Counted from the first letter of the stretch, positions 1 through 12,026 are shown. The stretch is DNA of 64,000 nucleotides from Octopus vulgaris (GCA_951406725.2 OX597830.1:29450001-29514000), one strand, 5' to 3'. The notes: generated by a model from the letters alone, not told the origin. Program-made: numbers and translations.

Positions 1-360
1 TGCGTGCGTGTATTATTTTATACATATATACAAGCATACATATAAATATATACATATACATGCTACAAAGAACGATAAAGAATTAAGAAATTCACCTGAG
101 GTGTTAAAGGAAAAAGTGAGCATAGAACAATGGTTGCATGTAAGGAAAAAAAATTAAGAAAAATGAAAAAATATAAAAAAAATTTAAATGTTACCATCCA
201 AACAAAAACACTGTTAGAAAAAGTAGACAGAATGAACGAAAAAAAAGTAAAAAAGGAAGAAAAAAAATCAAACAAATATTATTAAAATTAATATCAATTA
301 TGCACACATATTTGAACACATTCTTTTTCAGCCTGAAATAATATAAGCATATATGATATT

Positions 361-408
<48 letters not shown>

Positions 409-840
409 ACATATATGTATATATGCATATATTCATATATACATATATGTATACATACATACATACACATATATATGCTTACATATATACGTATGTGTCT
501 ATATATATATATAAGATATTCAAGACATATGTATAAATACATAATGCGTGCATAGAGGCATTCATACTTAGTATACGTCTTCACATGGTGCCAACGTGTA
601 ACAATGGCAGAAACATCTAAAACTCTGAATGGAAAATTTATACAATCTAAGGAGATCCCAATTATAATAGAATATTTGTAAGACCTCTATATATAATGGG
701 TTCATTATTATTAAGTTGCCTCAAATATTCAATGAAACATCATGGTGTGAGGAAAAATTAGGTCACATATCATATAAAATGCGAGTTCTGATAATTTTTT
801 TTTTTTACAAATATATATACGAATATGTGTGTCTGTATGC

Positions 841-928
<88 letters not shown>
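841..928. repeat. (AGAT)n microsatellite
   Basis: Pure tetranucleotide run read directly. Similar GATA/TATC arrays at about 17590-17772, 29510-29626, 31412-31525, 35465-35620, 37965-38072 and 54137-54280. Confidence 0.95.
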
Positions 929-930
<2 letters not shown>

Positions 931-1228
931 GATTATGTGAAAAACAAAATGCTTGTTGTAACACAGCTTGTAAGACCTCATTATAGATATGAAGAGAAGT
1001 GCGTTTAAAAAAAAATCTTATGTGAAGTGTCTTCAAGGAAAATGAAAATTCTTCAGATATACAGGACGAAAGAATATTACACATGGTTTTTAACGTTTCT
1101 GATATTAACTTCCGTCAAATCGAGCCGATTTCATAGCCCAACTAAGTCATCATTGCTTTTCATCACTTGGGGTTCATAAGTTAAAATAGCAATCAAAAAC
1201 TGGTGTAGATATATTAGTCATGTACTTT

Positions 1229-1352
<124 letters not shown>

Positions 1353-2324
1353 TTTGTGTGTACGTTCATTTTAAAGTAGCTGAATAGCCTATTGTTGTCA
1401 TTCAATTTTTACAATAGAATATTTAATATAAATCTTTATTTATTCCATGTTCCTTGCTTTCGTTTGTTAAATAAAGATTCTTCTTCCTCATGATTTTGTT
1501 TTTATTTTGAGATAGACAGATATCATGTAGAAAATACCGTCTTCCTAATCCTGTTTTCTGATTACGTAAAATTAATCAAGGTTATCTTAAGTAACATTTT
1601 CCTGCAGTTTGTCTTGCAAAATTGGATTTAACTTGGAAAATTATTTCAATATACCAAATTTCGAAGTTTCTCAAATTACGTAAAACAGGGAAGACCTTGG
1701 AAAGTCGAGAGACAATTATAGGACGTCACACACACACGCACACTCGCGTGCACACACACACACAAAAACACACTCACACACACTGAAACACACACACATT
1801 TACAAACGTACACAGGTGATCACGTGTTTAAAATGGTGTGTAGTAGGTATATGTATGTATGTATGTATGTATATATATGTGTGTGTGTGTCTGAGTGTGT
1901 GTCTTTGTTTGAGTGTTTCTTTTGCGATGGAAAGCAGAAAAGCCACCTACTCCCACATTTCTTTCCCTTCCTCGTCTATGTGCATGTGTATGTGCGTATG
2001 TGTGCAATGTATGCGCTTATGTGAGTATAGGTGTGTGTATGTATGCATGTATCTATGTATTTACGAATGTACGTATGCAGCATCGCGTATGTCTCCCTGA
2101 ATGACAGCTGTATTACCGTTACCATCCGACTGCCATTCCATATTTGCCGCTTACAATGCAGTTTTCCCCTTCCCTTATATCAGCCACACTCACTATACCA
2201 CCACTTTTCACTCGCACTAACCCTCTCGCACCCTTTTCATTTTATCAAACAATGCCCAACCCCGCTAAGGGGCGCATTATAGACTTTTATAATTTCCAAA
2301 TAGACTATAATTGAACTGGATGTT

Positions 2325-2425
2325 AGTTTAACGCGTATGCAAAGTTTCGTCAAGATTGGTTCACTTATGTAGGCAGCAAGATGGTAAAAGACAAATCGAC
2401 AGACATAAATTGCCATTTATGTATA
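2325..2425 (+). mobile_element. Possible end of a non-autonomous Helitron/Helentron-type (DINE/HINE-like) element
   Basis: GTATGCAAAGTTTCGTCAAGATTGGTTCA...GACAAATCGACAGACATAAATTGCCATTTATGTATA resembles the 'ccaaatttcatcaagattggttca...acagacagacaaactt..catttata' ends of such elements. Recognition by eye only. Confidence 0.3.
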
Positions 2426-3539
2426 AAATTTTGTTTGGAAAATTCCAAAGTTATGTATTTTACCTCAGTGTGTTTTCTTCTCCTTTACGTAAAGTATAGT
2501 GATGCAATGATCCATGCGACTAACATTTGTTTTCTTAGTATAATTGATGATTTTATAATTACACACACTATTGAGTAGGCATCAGATTCTAGCTTGCGTC
2601 GTGAACATTGTTCAGTCTATACATAACACAGGATTCACTTGTCACTAACATTCGAGATATTGTATCAGTTAGAATTTAAATTGTGTACAAATTTGAACTG
2701 TGCATAAATTTTGATTTTCTCTATGCAGATGAGATTTTACTCATTGATAAATGTAACGAGATATAAACTAAAAGAATACGCAAAGTTTGGCTGACTTTAC
2801 TTCAAATGGCGTGTACATAAATAAGTTTAATTAATCCTATTAATTAAAGTAATTTTTATTGGTTTAGTAATTAGATTATATATTCATTTCAAATCCTCCG
2901 TCGACCATTTGGGACATTAACAGTTCCTAATGCCTGAGTGATTAATCAAATTAAAGACCACGTGAAACGTTTTACTTTCTCCACCAACCAATATCTACAG
3001 CACTGGTCAATTTCAGGCACATTTACACGTACAGCGAACAGATCGAAAGCAATGGGAAGCATGAAAATCAATCTGGCCAATGTCAAAGATTTGCCGCTGC
3101 AAAGAAAATGCATGGGAACTAAAGAAGGTGATGATATATAGAAGCTTGATATATTAGAAAGAGCAACTATTTTCCCGCAGATCCTGCTCGACGTGCATAC
3201 AAACATAAATATTGATAAATGCACACCATTTCTGAAAATAGACGCCATAAACATCAACACTGGTCTCCTCGATAAGGACTGAATCTGTCGTAAAATCAAA
3301 CAACTAGAATGACGATTTTTCATGTTTGATATTAGGTATCAGTGAACTATAATAAATTATGATATTTCATACGATGAGAAATGCTAATCATGGTTTAGAG
3401 AAATATAGCAGCGTCGAAACATACCACCAATAGTTAAATATATTTGATTTAGCAATTGCATATTGGATATGAATATTGCCGACATCTTGGTGATAAATAC
3501 GTGAAACAAAACGTCACTGATCACAAACTCCAGTATTCC

Positions 3540-4330
3540 CGCTCCTTTGGTCTGAAGTATCTTTGTTTCGACCTGTTACCTGAAGCTGGATGATCGCAAA
3601 GGGATTGGATTTTCCATGCATTAAATTGTTTGTTATTTTCTTCAGCCTATTTATATATAGTATGTGGGTATTTCTGTTGAAGGTTATCATCAAAAGTTTC
3701 CTTGGCTGCGTATATCAGTATTCTGTCGTCTCCATAGCTAGTAAGTGTAGCTGTTTGTGTACCTGATATCATAAACAGCAGGGGCCCCAAGACAGTTCGC
3801 TGAGGTAGTCCATTCGCTATCACAATTTCCTTGTAAAGGCTTCGTTTCCGTCTTTTTAAAATCGGGTAACTTTTCTCCTAGTTTTCCAACTACACCGACA
3901 TATTCTCCGTAGCTAGTTAAATATCATCTTGTGATCAATCTTATCAATAACCTTTGTAAAATCAAGATCTATCCACTATTTTGCAATCCATTAGTTGTTT
4001 TGAACATCCACTTTTAATTCGACAAAATTGGTGTAAGACCATTTCTTCTTGAATGGAGGCCGTGTTGCCTGTCATGGGGCGAGTCATTAACTTCTAGATC
4101 GTGATCAGCTTCATTCTGACAACGTTTTCTATGAATTTGCTGATATGTAATATTAAAAAGAAAGGTCTATAAATTTTAGCATTCGCTTTGCGGCTTTCTT
4201 TGTGGGTAGGAAATATACGCCTTTGTTTAACTTACTCTGAAGCTTCTCATTTGCAATGAAGCTTTGCAATAGGATCTGTAGAGGTCTCTAATTTTGTAAT
4301 TGCATCCAAAATAGGGATGCGTACCAATGT
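3540..4330 (-). mobile_element. Decayed non-LTR retrotransposon (CR1/L2-like) reverse transcriptase fragment
   Basis: Minus-strand translation gives RT motifs in order: IFPTHKESRKANAKIYRPFFLILHISKFIENVVR, IDLDFTKVIDKIDH, NGLPQRTVLGPLLF, LTSYGDD (YADD). Interrupted by stops and frameshifts. Confidence 0.88.
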
Positions 4331-4819
4331 TCCGTTAAAAATAATGTATGATCCAAGTTGAGTTGTCTAACCTGTCTGTGAGTTTCGGGTTTTATAAACG
4401 CTAGCGTTAACAGAAATCCAGTGATTCAGTCGAATGTTTTACAGTCGAATAAAGAAAATTTGGACCACAGAACTCTCTGCAATCAATAGCCCACAATGTG
4501 TTTGCAGTGACAGTACTCATTCCAACATTTGGGTTTATCATTTAAATATATATTTAAGTTTATCATTTGAATATATATGAGGATGTCTAGGTATGCAACT
4601 AAATGCATGAGAATACATACATAAAACATAGAAAACTGCAAATACATACATTCATATGAACAAAAATACCCTGTTGTTTAAATTCGAATGAAGGTGCTTT
4701 GGATCTAGGTTAGAAGCCGGTTCTTTCTCTATTGGCAAGAAATCTTGAAATAAACTGAATAATGACATGCGTACATACGTACGTACGTCCTACATACATG
4801 CATCGAGGCCTGCATACAT

Positions 4820-4922
4820 GCATCCATCCGTCCGTCCATCCGACCGGCCATCCGTCCGTCCATCCATCCGTCCGTCCAGCCATCCGTCCGTCAATCCGTC
4901 CGTCCATCCGTCCGTCCGCCCA
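4820..4922. repeat. (CCAT/CCGT)n tetranucleotide array
   Basis: Mixed CCAT/CCGT units read directly. Confidence 0.85.
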
Positions 4923-5002
4923 TCAGTCGATAGTTTTTAATCAGTAGGTCTATAAATGTCCAAACAGAACGACACTTCTGTGTATATACATTCAGTGTAT
5001 TC

Positions 5003-5158
5003 TTATTTCTTTACTGCCCACAAGGGGCTATATCTGGAGCGACGTGAAATGAAGTGTTTTGCTCAAGAACACAACGCATTGTCCGGTCCAGGAATCGAAA
5101 CCACAATCTTACGATCATGAGTCCAACACCCGAACCACTCAGCCACGCGCCTCCACAT
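5003..5158 (-). mobile_element. Short chimeric SINE: family C tRNA-like head joined to family A 3' tail
   Basis: Head matches family C (8220-8326, 53419-53530). End matches the family A tail AGCCCCTTGTGGGCAGTAAAGAAATAAG. Flanked by a perfect 16 bp TSD, TACATTCAGTGTATTC (4987-5002 and 5159-5174). Confidence 0.8.
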
Positions 5159-5369
5159 TACATTCAGTGTATTCATCCACCAAAAACATTTAACATGCTA
5201 CTTCATGCAGTGTCAACAGAATCTCAGTTTTCTTCCATTTATGACTGGGGTAGTTCCGGGATGATTACCATACACACACACAGCGTGCGCATGCGCGAAC
5301 ACATACGCACACGCATACGCCTTGTCAAATCTTTCGTTTGTAAAGTTTTTATTAAATCTTTGATATCCT

Positions 5370-5487
5370 TAAATCCTTAAAAACGTTTTAGCCCGAAGGT
5401 CGCGGCTATGCTGGGGCACCACCGCTGATATATATAATATTTTATTATATCTATCTGTCTATCTACACATATATATGTATATGCCTA

Positions 5488-5540
<53 letters not shown>

Positions 5541-5662
5541 GACGGGCTTCTTACAATTTCTGACTATCACATCCACTCACACATCAATCGCGGTGTCACG
5601 CAGCAGGATTGAACAGAGTAGCTTGTGGTGGTGCAACAAGTTTCTTACCATACAGCTACGCC
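5370..5662 (-). mobile_element. Diverged/deleted SINE family B copy
   Basis: TACGACGGGCTTCTT...CCACTCAC...CTTACCATACAGCTACG and GCGGCTATGCTGGGGCACC match the 12027-12440 copy. Confidence 0.6.
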
Positions 5663-6419
5663 TGCGAAATATTCTTATATATCAATATACTTGTATATAT
5701 ATGTGTGTGTGTTGTGGGGGGCGGGATGTGTGTGTGTGTCCGTGTGTCTGTGTGTGTATGCTTGCGCTTGCATATGCGTTTATGTACCAAACATAAATGC
5801 CCAACAAAAATGCCGAGCGAAAAACAAGAACGTAAACATGAAAAATAATGTTTAGTTGATAAAACAAAAACACAAAAAAGGACAGAGATAAGAATATCAA
5901 TTGTTATATTGATATTATAATATTATCATTAAATATTTATGGTTAAACTTGTAAAATATTTATTGTCGAATTTATGTGTAAAACCGAGGTATTTTTTATT
6001 GTTTGCTAAAAACAATGTTCAGTCTGTATGAAGAACAAAATTTCTATTTTCTGTTCATTAAAATGCTCACTTATTTCCATTGATGTTCATTCTGTGTGCA
6101 ATTTATTAATTTATACTAATTTTCTTTATATTTGCAATGATTTACATTCTACGTGGGCATACTTATTAGGTATATTTAGGTGAGATTACGCCAGAGTATC
6201 TACGCAGGTACAAGAAAGTTTCGATGAGCAAATGTCTTGCGTGTAACCCCCAGATTTTGCGAGTGGTTTGTCCGGGTACAAGTGACTAAATTACTTATTG
6301 TCGATGACTTCAGGGCAAGAAGAATCGCCCGAAATGTTTGATAGGAAGTTGTGTCTTGGCGAGGGAACAAAAAAAAATACAGGCCACTAAATTTAACGCT
6401 GCGAGAAACACTAATAATA

Positions 6420-6890
6420 ATAGCTCAATACCACAGATTTGCTTGTCAGTTGTTTGACCTTAACCGGTTGAGCATATCCCTTAGTGGCTGACGATATGTG
6501 CATCTCTGATCACGAGCAGAAGTAGTGGGGGAGCATCATAGCCATGTGTTGAGAGGGATTCTTTGGGGTTTGAATAATTCACCTCTGGAAACATGGGTGG
6601 TTCTTTCAACATCCTTAAACAACCCTTATTCAGGGACCTTTTGAGCGGGATGGGCTACTCAACCTGAAGAAAATTCTAACTGGGCCCCACCTGCAAGGTC
6701 ATGTGCTGTTTATCTTGATATGAGATCACCATGTCGCGCACATATGGTTGTGATGCATGTGCCTGGTGTACCTTTATCAGACGGGTAGTCATGATGGGTA
6801 TACTGGGCTTCGTATATTTTACCCCAGTGTCACTTTGATGGCATGCACTGCTCTCTCACTCAATAATAATAATAATAATAACAATAATAA
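6420..6890 (+). mobile_element. Interspersed repeat ending in an (AAT)n tail, probably a retroposon/LINE 3' UTR
   Basis: Complex, GC-richer ~450 bp block ending CTCTCTCACTC followed by (AAT)n, a typical non-LTR tail. Family not assigned. Confidence 0.45.
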
Positions 6891-6896
6891 TATATG

Positions 6897-6952
<56 letters not shown>

Positions 6953-6993
6953 CATACATACATACATACATACATACATACATGCTTATATAA

Positions 6994-7094
6994 TAGGGTA
7001 TCTAAGAGATACTACCAGGCTGGAAATAGCAGTCAAAACTTGACTCTAATACCACATTAAATGTTCATACAGCACCAGGGTATATCTTATGTTG

Positions 7095-7179
<85 letters not shown>

Positions 7180-7396
7180 ATATTCATGTGCTTACTGAAT
7201 ATATTCCACTGATGAAGGCAGAGAATTTGTTAGGCAGAGTCAGAAATCCAGGATCTGGAATTATCCAGTAATTTTTTTCTTGTTTTTTCTTTTGTCTCTT
7301 TGTCTTTTCTCCTGATGCTGTGTGAACATTGAGTGTGGTTTTAGATTCAAGTTTTCACTGCTATTTCCAGCGTGTTGGTATCTCTTCGATACCCTA
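6994..7396. mobile_element. Fold-back element with ~86 bp inverted arms (MITE-like or inverted Penelope pLTR)
   Basis: 6994-7079 (TAGGGTATCTAAGAGATAC...CAGCACCAGG) is an imperfect reverse complement of 7311-7396 (CCTGATGCTG...TCTCTTCGATACCCTA). TA dinucleotide at both outer ends. Confidence 0.85.
7193..7270 (+). ncRNA. Type I hammerhead ribozyme (minimal stem III)
   Basis: Stem I TACTGAATATATTCCA (7193-7208) pairs with TGGAATTATCCAGTA (7256-7270). Core CTGATGA at 7209-7215, GAAA at 7243-7246, stem III A-TCC-A-GGA-T, cleavage triplet ATC ending at 7255. Stem II is weak (GGC/GTC flanked by A/A). Confidence 0.7.
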
Positions 7397-7442
7397 AACT
7401 ATAATTTAAAATAATTATTACCTTTGAAGGTTTTTATTTTCG

Positions 7443-7595
7443 TGCTGGCCACCTGATAAGATCGGTATTTAAATATCAATCTTATCCTTATTTATATATA
7501 CTTACATATATATATAGATGAAGATACATAAACGTGTACGCGTGTCTATATGTATTTTTATGCACATACACAAACTGTATCTATGTATATATGTG

Positions 7596-7657
<62 letters not shown>

Positions 7658-7905
7658 TATGGAGTGTTAGAGAGATAAAACAGATAGATAATAGATATAA
7701 ATATATACATAAAGGGGTAAAGACCCCCTTCGGTCATGATTGACCATGGGATTGCTGGCCACCTGATAAGATCGGTATTTAAATATCAATCTTATCCTTA
7801 TTTATATATACTTACATATATATATAGATGAAGATACATAAACGTGTACGCGTGTCTATATGTATTTTTATGCACATACACAAACTGTATCTATGTATAT
7901 ATGTG

Positions 7906-7947
<42 letters not shown>

Positions 7948-8042
7948 TATGGAGTGTTAGAGAGATAAAACAGATAGATAATAGATATAAATATATACAT
8001 AAAGGGGTAAAGACCCCCTTCGGTCATGATTGACCATGGGAT
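7443..8042. repeat. Tandem duplication of ~300 bp
   Basis: 7443-7752 and 7753-8042 appear identical except for (TA)n length. TGC microhomology at the junction. Confidence 0.92.
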
Positions 8043-8326
8043 TGCACCTAGAAAGTTACCCTCCTAGACACAAGTCCGGGCAAGGTTGTTTATGGAAGAC
8101 CAGCAGTCGCCCATGCATACCAGCCTCCCCTCTCCACGCCACCAATGTTATCCAAGGGAAAGACAAAGGTCGATACAGCTTGGTACCTGTGACGTCGCAA
8201 CTCATTTCTACAGCTGAGTGAACTGGAGCAACGTGAAATAAAGTGCCTTGCTCAAGAACACAACACGCAGCCCGGTCCGGGATTCGAGCTCACAACCTCA
8301 CGATCGTAATCTCGATGCTCTAACCA
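8003..8326 (-). mobile_element. SINE family C (tRNA-derived head)
   Basis: Reverse complement has A-box TGGTTAGAGC, B-box GAGCTCGAATCCC, body CTTGAGCAAGGCACTTT...CTCAGCTGTAGAAATGAGT and tail GACCGAAGGGGGTCTTTACCCC. Matches 53419-53738. Confidence 0.85.
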
Positions 8327-9060
8327 TGAATGCATATATAACGTAAGTGCACTATAGATGTATAGACGTGTGTGCGTGCGAGTGTTTGTTTTAAATGTGC
8401 TTCTGGAACAGACTTGCTTCATCATCTTCTTCTTCTTTCAAGCTCTCAGTTATGTTTCCGGCACTTAAATCAATGCGTATAATGTACTTGCACACTTCCA
8501 ATTCACCCTCAAGGCAATTCTGATCACAACTCATCATGATCTTCCCACGTATGTTAAAGAAAATTAAACATCTCCCTCACCCCCGTTGCTCAGCCGCTAC
8601 AACACACTCTCTCTCTCTTTCTCCCGTCTCGCTGTTTCTCTCTGTTTCTTTACCCCCCCTCTCTCTCTCACTCTCTCTCTCTCACACTCTCTCTATCTAT
8701 CTATCTCTCTCTCTCACACTCTCTCTATCTATCTATCTCTATCTCTCTCATCTTCCACAGTCACTCACACCAAACACACAGCCTCGTTCTCTTACGTATA
8801 TTAAACTTTATAGACTTTCGAAAATATATAAATTAAAAATGCGAACGATGCTCTTATAATTATCGTGATCGGTTATGATGATCATGACCATCGTTATGAT
8901 TATTATCTACTCCATTATCATAATCATTCCTCATGACGGTCATCATCAACATCATCATCATCATCATCATAATTGTGTATTTTGTCATCATAACTTTACC
9001 AACATTTATTCTCGTGCTATTCAAGAAAGTTCTTTGTGCTGTCTTTTTCGTTGTTGTTGC

Positions 9061-9141
9061 TCTTCTTCTTCTTCTTCTTCTTCTTCTTCTTCTTCTTCTT
9101 CTTCTTCTTCTTCTTCTTCTTCTTCTTCTTCTTCTACTTCT

Positions 9142-9176
<35 letters not shown>

Positions 9177-9193
9177 TTCTTCTTCTCCTTCTT

Positions 9194-9285
<92 letters not shown>

Positions 9286-9295
9286 TTCTTCTTCT
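9061..9295. repeat. Compound (TCT)n(ACT)n trinucleotide array
   Basis: Read directly; it produces the spurious poly-S/T/L/E ORFs. Confidence 0.95.
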
Positions 9296-9426
9296 TCTCC
9301 TCCCCTCCTCCCTCTCCTCGACCTCGTCCCCGTCCTCTTCTTCTGTGTGGAGAAGTGTTTTGTTGGAGAGGCAACACTGTTTTTGTATTACATAAGTTCT
9401 CCTTTATTGCAGTATTTGTTTGTCTC

Positions 9427-10005
9427 AAGGCGGCGAGCTGGCAGAAACGTTAGCATGCCGGACGAAATACTTAGCGGTATTTCGTCTGCCGCTACGTTCT
9501 GAGTTCAAATTCCGCCGAGGTCGACTTTGCCTTTCATCCTTTCGGGGTCGATTAAATAAGTACCAGTTACGCACTGGGGTCGATGTAACCGACTTAATCC
9601 GTTTGTCTGTCCTTGTTTGTTCCTTCTGTGTTCAGCTCCTTGTAGGTAGTAAAGAAATAGATATTTCGTCTGCCGTTACCTTCTGAGTTCAAATTCCGCC
9701 GAAGTCGACTTTGCCTTTCATCCTTTCGGGCTCTATAAATTAAGTACCAGTTACGCACTGGGATCGATGCAATCGACTTAATCTATTTGTCTGTCCTTGT
9801 GTGTCCCTTCTGTGTTCAGCTCCTTGTAGGTAGTAAAGAAATAGGTATTTCGTCTGCTGTTACCTTCTGAGTTCAAATTCCGCCGAAGTCGACTTTGCCT
9901 TTCATCCTTTCGGATTAAATAAGTACCAGTTACCCATTGAGGTTGATGTAATCGACTTAATCCTTTCCTCCAAATTTCAACCCTTGTGCTTCCAGTAGAA
10001 AGAAT
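9427..10005 (+). mobile_element. SINE family A trimer (one head plus three body units)
   Basis: Head AAGGCGGCGAGCTGGCAGAAACGTTAGC, B-box GAGTTCAAATTCC, central GCCTTTCATCCTTTCGGGGTCGAT..AATAAGTACCAG (resembles the Meta domain of MetaSINEs). Body restarts at TATTTCGTCTG at about 9662 and 9847. Confidence 0.88.
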
Positions 10006-10062
10006 TGTCATTATTATTTTTATTATTATTATTATTATTACTATTATCATTATTATTATTAA

Positions 10063-10129
<67 letters not shown>

Positions 10130-10132
10130 GCA

Positions 10133-10535
10133 AAGGCGACGAGCTGGCAGACACGTTAACACGCCGGGCGAAATACTTTGCGGCATTTCGTCTGTCGCTA
10201 CGTTCTGAGTTCAAATTCCTCCGAGGTCGACTTTGCGTTTCATCCATTCGGGGTCGATTAAATAAGTACCAGTCACCCACTGGAGGTCCATATAATCGAC
10301 TTAATCCCTCTGTCTATTTTTGTTTGTCCTCTCTGTGTTTAGCCCCTTGTGAGTAGTAAAGAAATAGGTATTTCTCCCGCTGTTACGTTCTGAGTTCAAG
10401 TTCCACCGACGTTGATTTTGCCTTTCATGCTTTCGAGGTCGATAAATTAAGTACCAGTTGAGTACCGTGTCGATGTAATCGACTTAAACCCCTCCCCAGA
10501 AGTTTCAGGACGTGTACCTACATTTAAAAAAGTCA
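10133..10535 (+). mobile_element. SINE family A dimer
   Basis: Same head and body; second unit from about 10368 ends in the alternative tail. Preceded by (TAT)n at 10010-10130. Confidence 0.85.
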
Positions 10536-10552
10536 TTATTATTGTCGTTTAG

Positions 10553-10975
10553 TCGGAGCACTGGCAGAATCGTTAGCACGTAGGGCGAAATGCTTAGCGG
10601 TATTTCTTCAGCTACGTTCTGATTTCAAAATTCCAAGGTTGACTTTGCCTTTCATCCTTTTGCGTTCAATAAATTAATTATCAGTTCAGTAGAGACTGGT
10701 GTAATCGGTTTCCTTCTACCTTCAAAAATTACTGCCCTTGTTCCAAAATTTGAAACCATAAGAACTGTTAAATAAGGCGGCGACCAAGCAGAAACGTTAG
10801 CACGCGGGACAAAATGATTCGTAGCAGTTCTTCCGCGTTTGCGTTTTAAGTTCGAAAATCCCTCGACATAGATTTCGCCGTTCATGCTTTCAGACTGAGT
10901 AAAATATACGCCTATTCAGTACTAAGGACTGTTGTAAATGAACTCGCAAAACTTCAGCCCTTGCTCATATTTTAA
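10553..10975 (+). mobile_element. Two older diverged SINE family A copies
   Basis: CTGGCAGAATCGTTAGCACG at about 10561 and AAGGCGGCGACCAAGCAGAAACGTTAGCACG at about 10773, each followed by a degraded body. Confidence 0.7.
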
Positions 10976-11634
10976 AAAAAATCTGTCATTGTCGTTAAAT
11001 TCATAGCTTATGGTTTATATATTTTGAGGTTCCTAATTTCTACCATTTTCAATAAGTTTCATAGAGTCTCAGGTTATTGCTTCCTGAGGAGTAGGTAGAG
11101 AGTCATCCCAGCGGTGTTTCTCTGTTTATTGAAAGCGTAACAGAAAGTTGTTGCTTGATATATTTCAGAAAATTCTAAACTTTCTACTCTCGTCCAATAC
11201 CTTGGTTTAGAAATACGTAAGATAAGGATTCTAAATTAATTTTGGTGTCTCATGTATACAGAAAGAACAATGTGAAGGAATTGCATTAATATTGCTTAGA
11301 AATGGCATTCTTCTCTTTCAGAAATGCCTTAGGTCACTCGTGATATTTTCATGCAAGGTATTAGATTACTGGACATCCTGAATACCAAAAAAGATCGTAT
11401 TTCTCTAGTAACAAGGATAATCCTTACTTCTATAAGCACAAATCCTGAAATTTTGAAGTTGGGGACTTGTGCATTACATGGAACCGAGTGTTTCACTAGT
11501 AATTATGAAATCGTCACTTTCAGGGACATAAAATGGTTATTGCTCATGAACTGGGATAAGTCGAATTTGGCAGCTTGTGATCAGAAGAAATGCTACGAAA
11601 CTATTTTTTGTAAATGCAATAATGAATCTGCCAC

Positions 11635-11825
11635 CTCGCCGCCTAAATAATACTGCTTTCAACATTTGCCATAAAGTCAGCGAGGCCGGGGAAGAGAGTT
11701 AGTCGATAACATCAACTCTAGTACTCAACTGGTATTTATTTTTTCGACCCTGAAACGATGAAATCCAAAGTTGGCCTCAGTGGAGATTGAACTCAGAACA
11801 TAGAGACGGACGAAATGCCGGTGAG
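11635..11825 (-). mobile_element. Diverged SINE family A copy
   Basis: TTCGACCCTGAAACGATGAAATCCAAAGTTGGCCTC...TTGAACTCAGAAC is the reverse complement of the family A body. Confidence 0.65.
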
Positions 11826-12026
11826 CAACGTAATATGTTCATTTAAGTATAACTACCTATCAGAACATAGCGTACGTGCTAACTTACTAACAGAGTGACA
11901 AGCAGAAATATACGTTATTATTTTAATGTCATTGATTTAACGTAATAGGTTTTATTTTCTGTACAACTGTTTAGCTGTAATTTTTAGCAGTCACCCCTGT
12001 AAAAATTCCTTTCTCGGTTAAAAGGT

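Noticed and set aside
580-750. Possible CR1-like LINE C-terminal scrap (YNGFIIIKLPQIFN)
   Set aside because: One weak motif only; insufficient to call.
8875-9502. Long ORFs of 189-192 aa (poly-S/T/L/H)
   Set aside because: They are translations of (CAT)n, (TCT)n and (ACT)n arrays running into a SINE; no coding signal.
9427-10975. CRISPR-like repeat-spacer array
   Set aside because: Units are ~185 bp SINE bodies without unique spacers; eukaryotic context, no cas genes.
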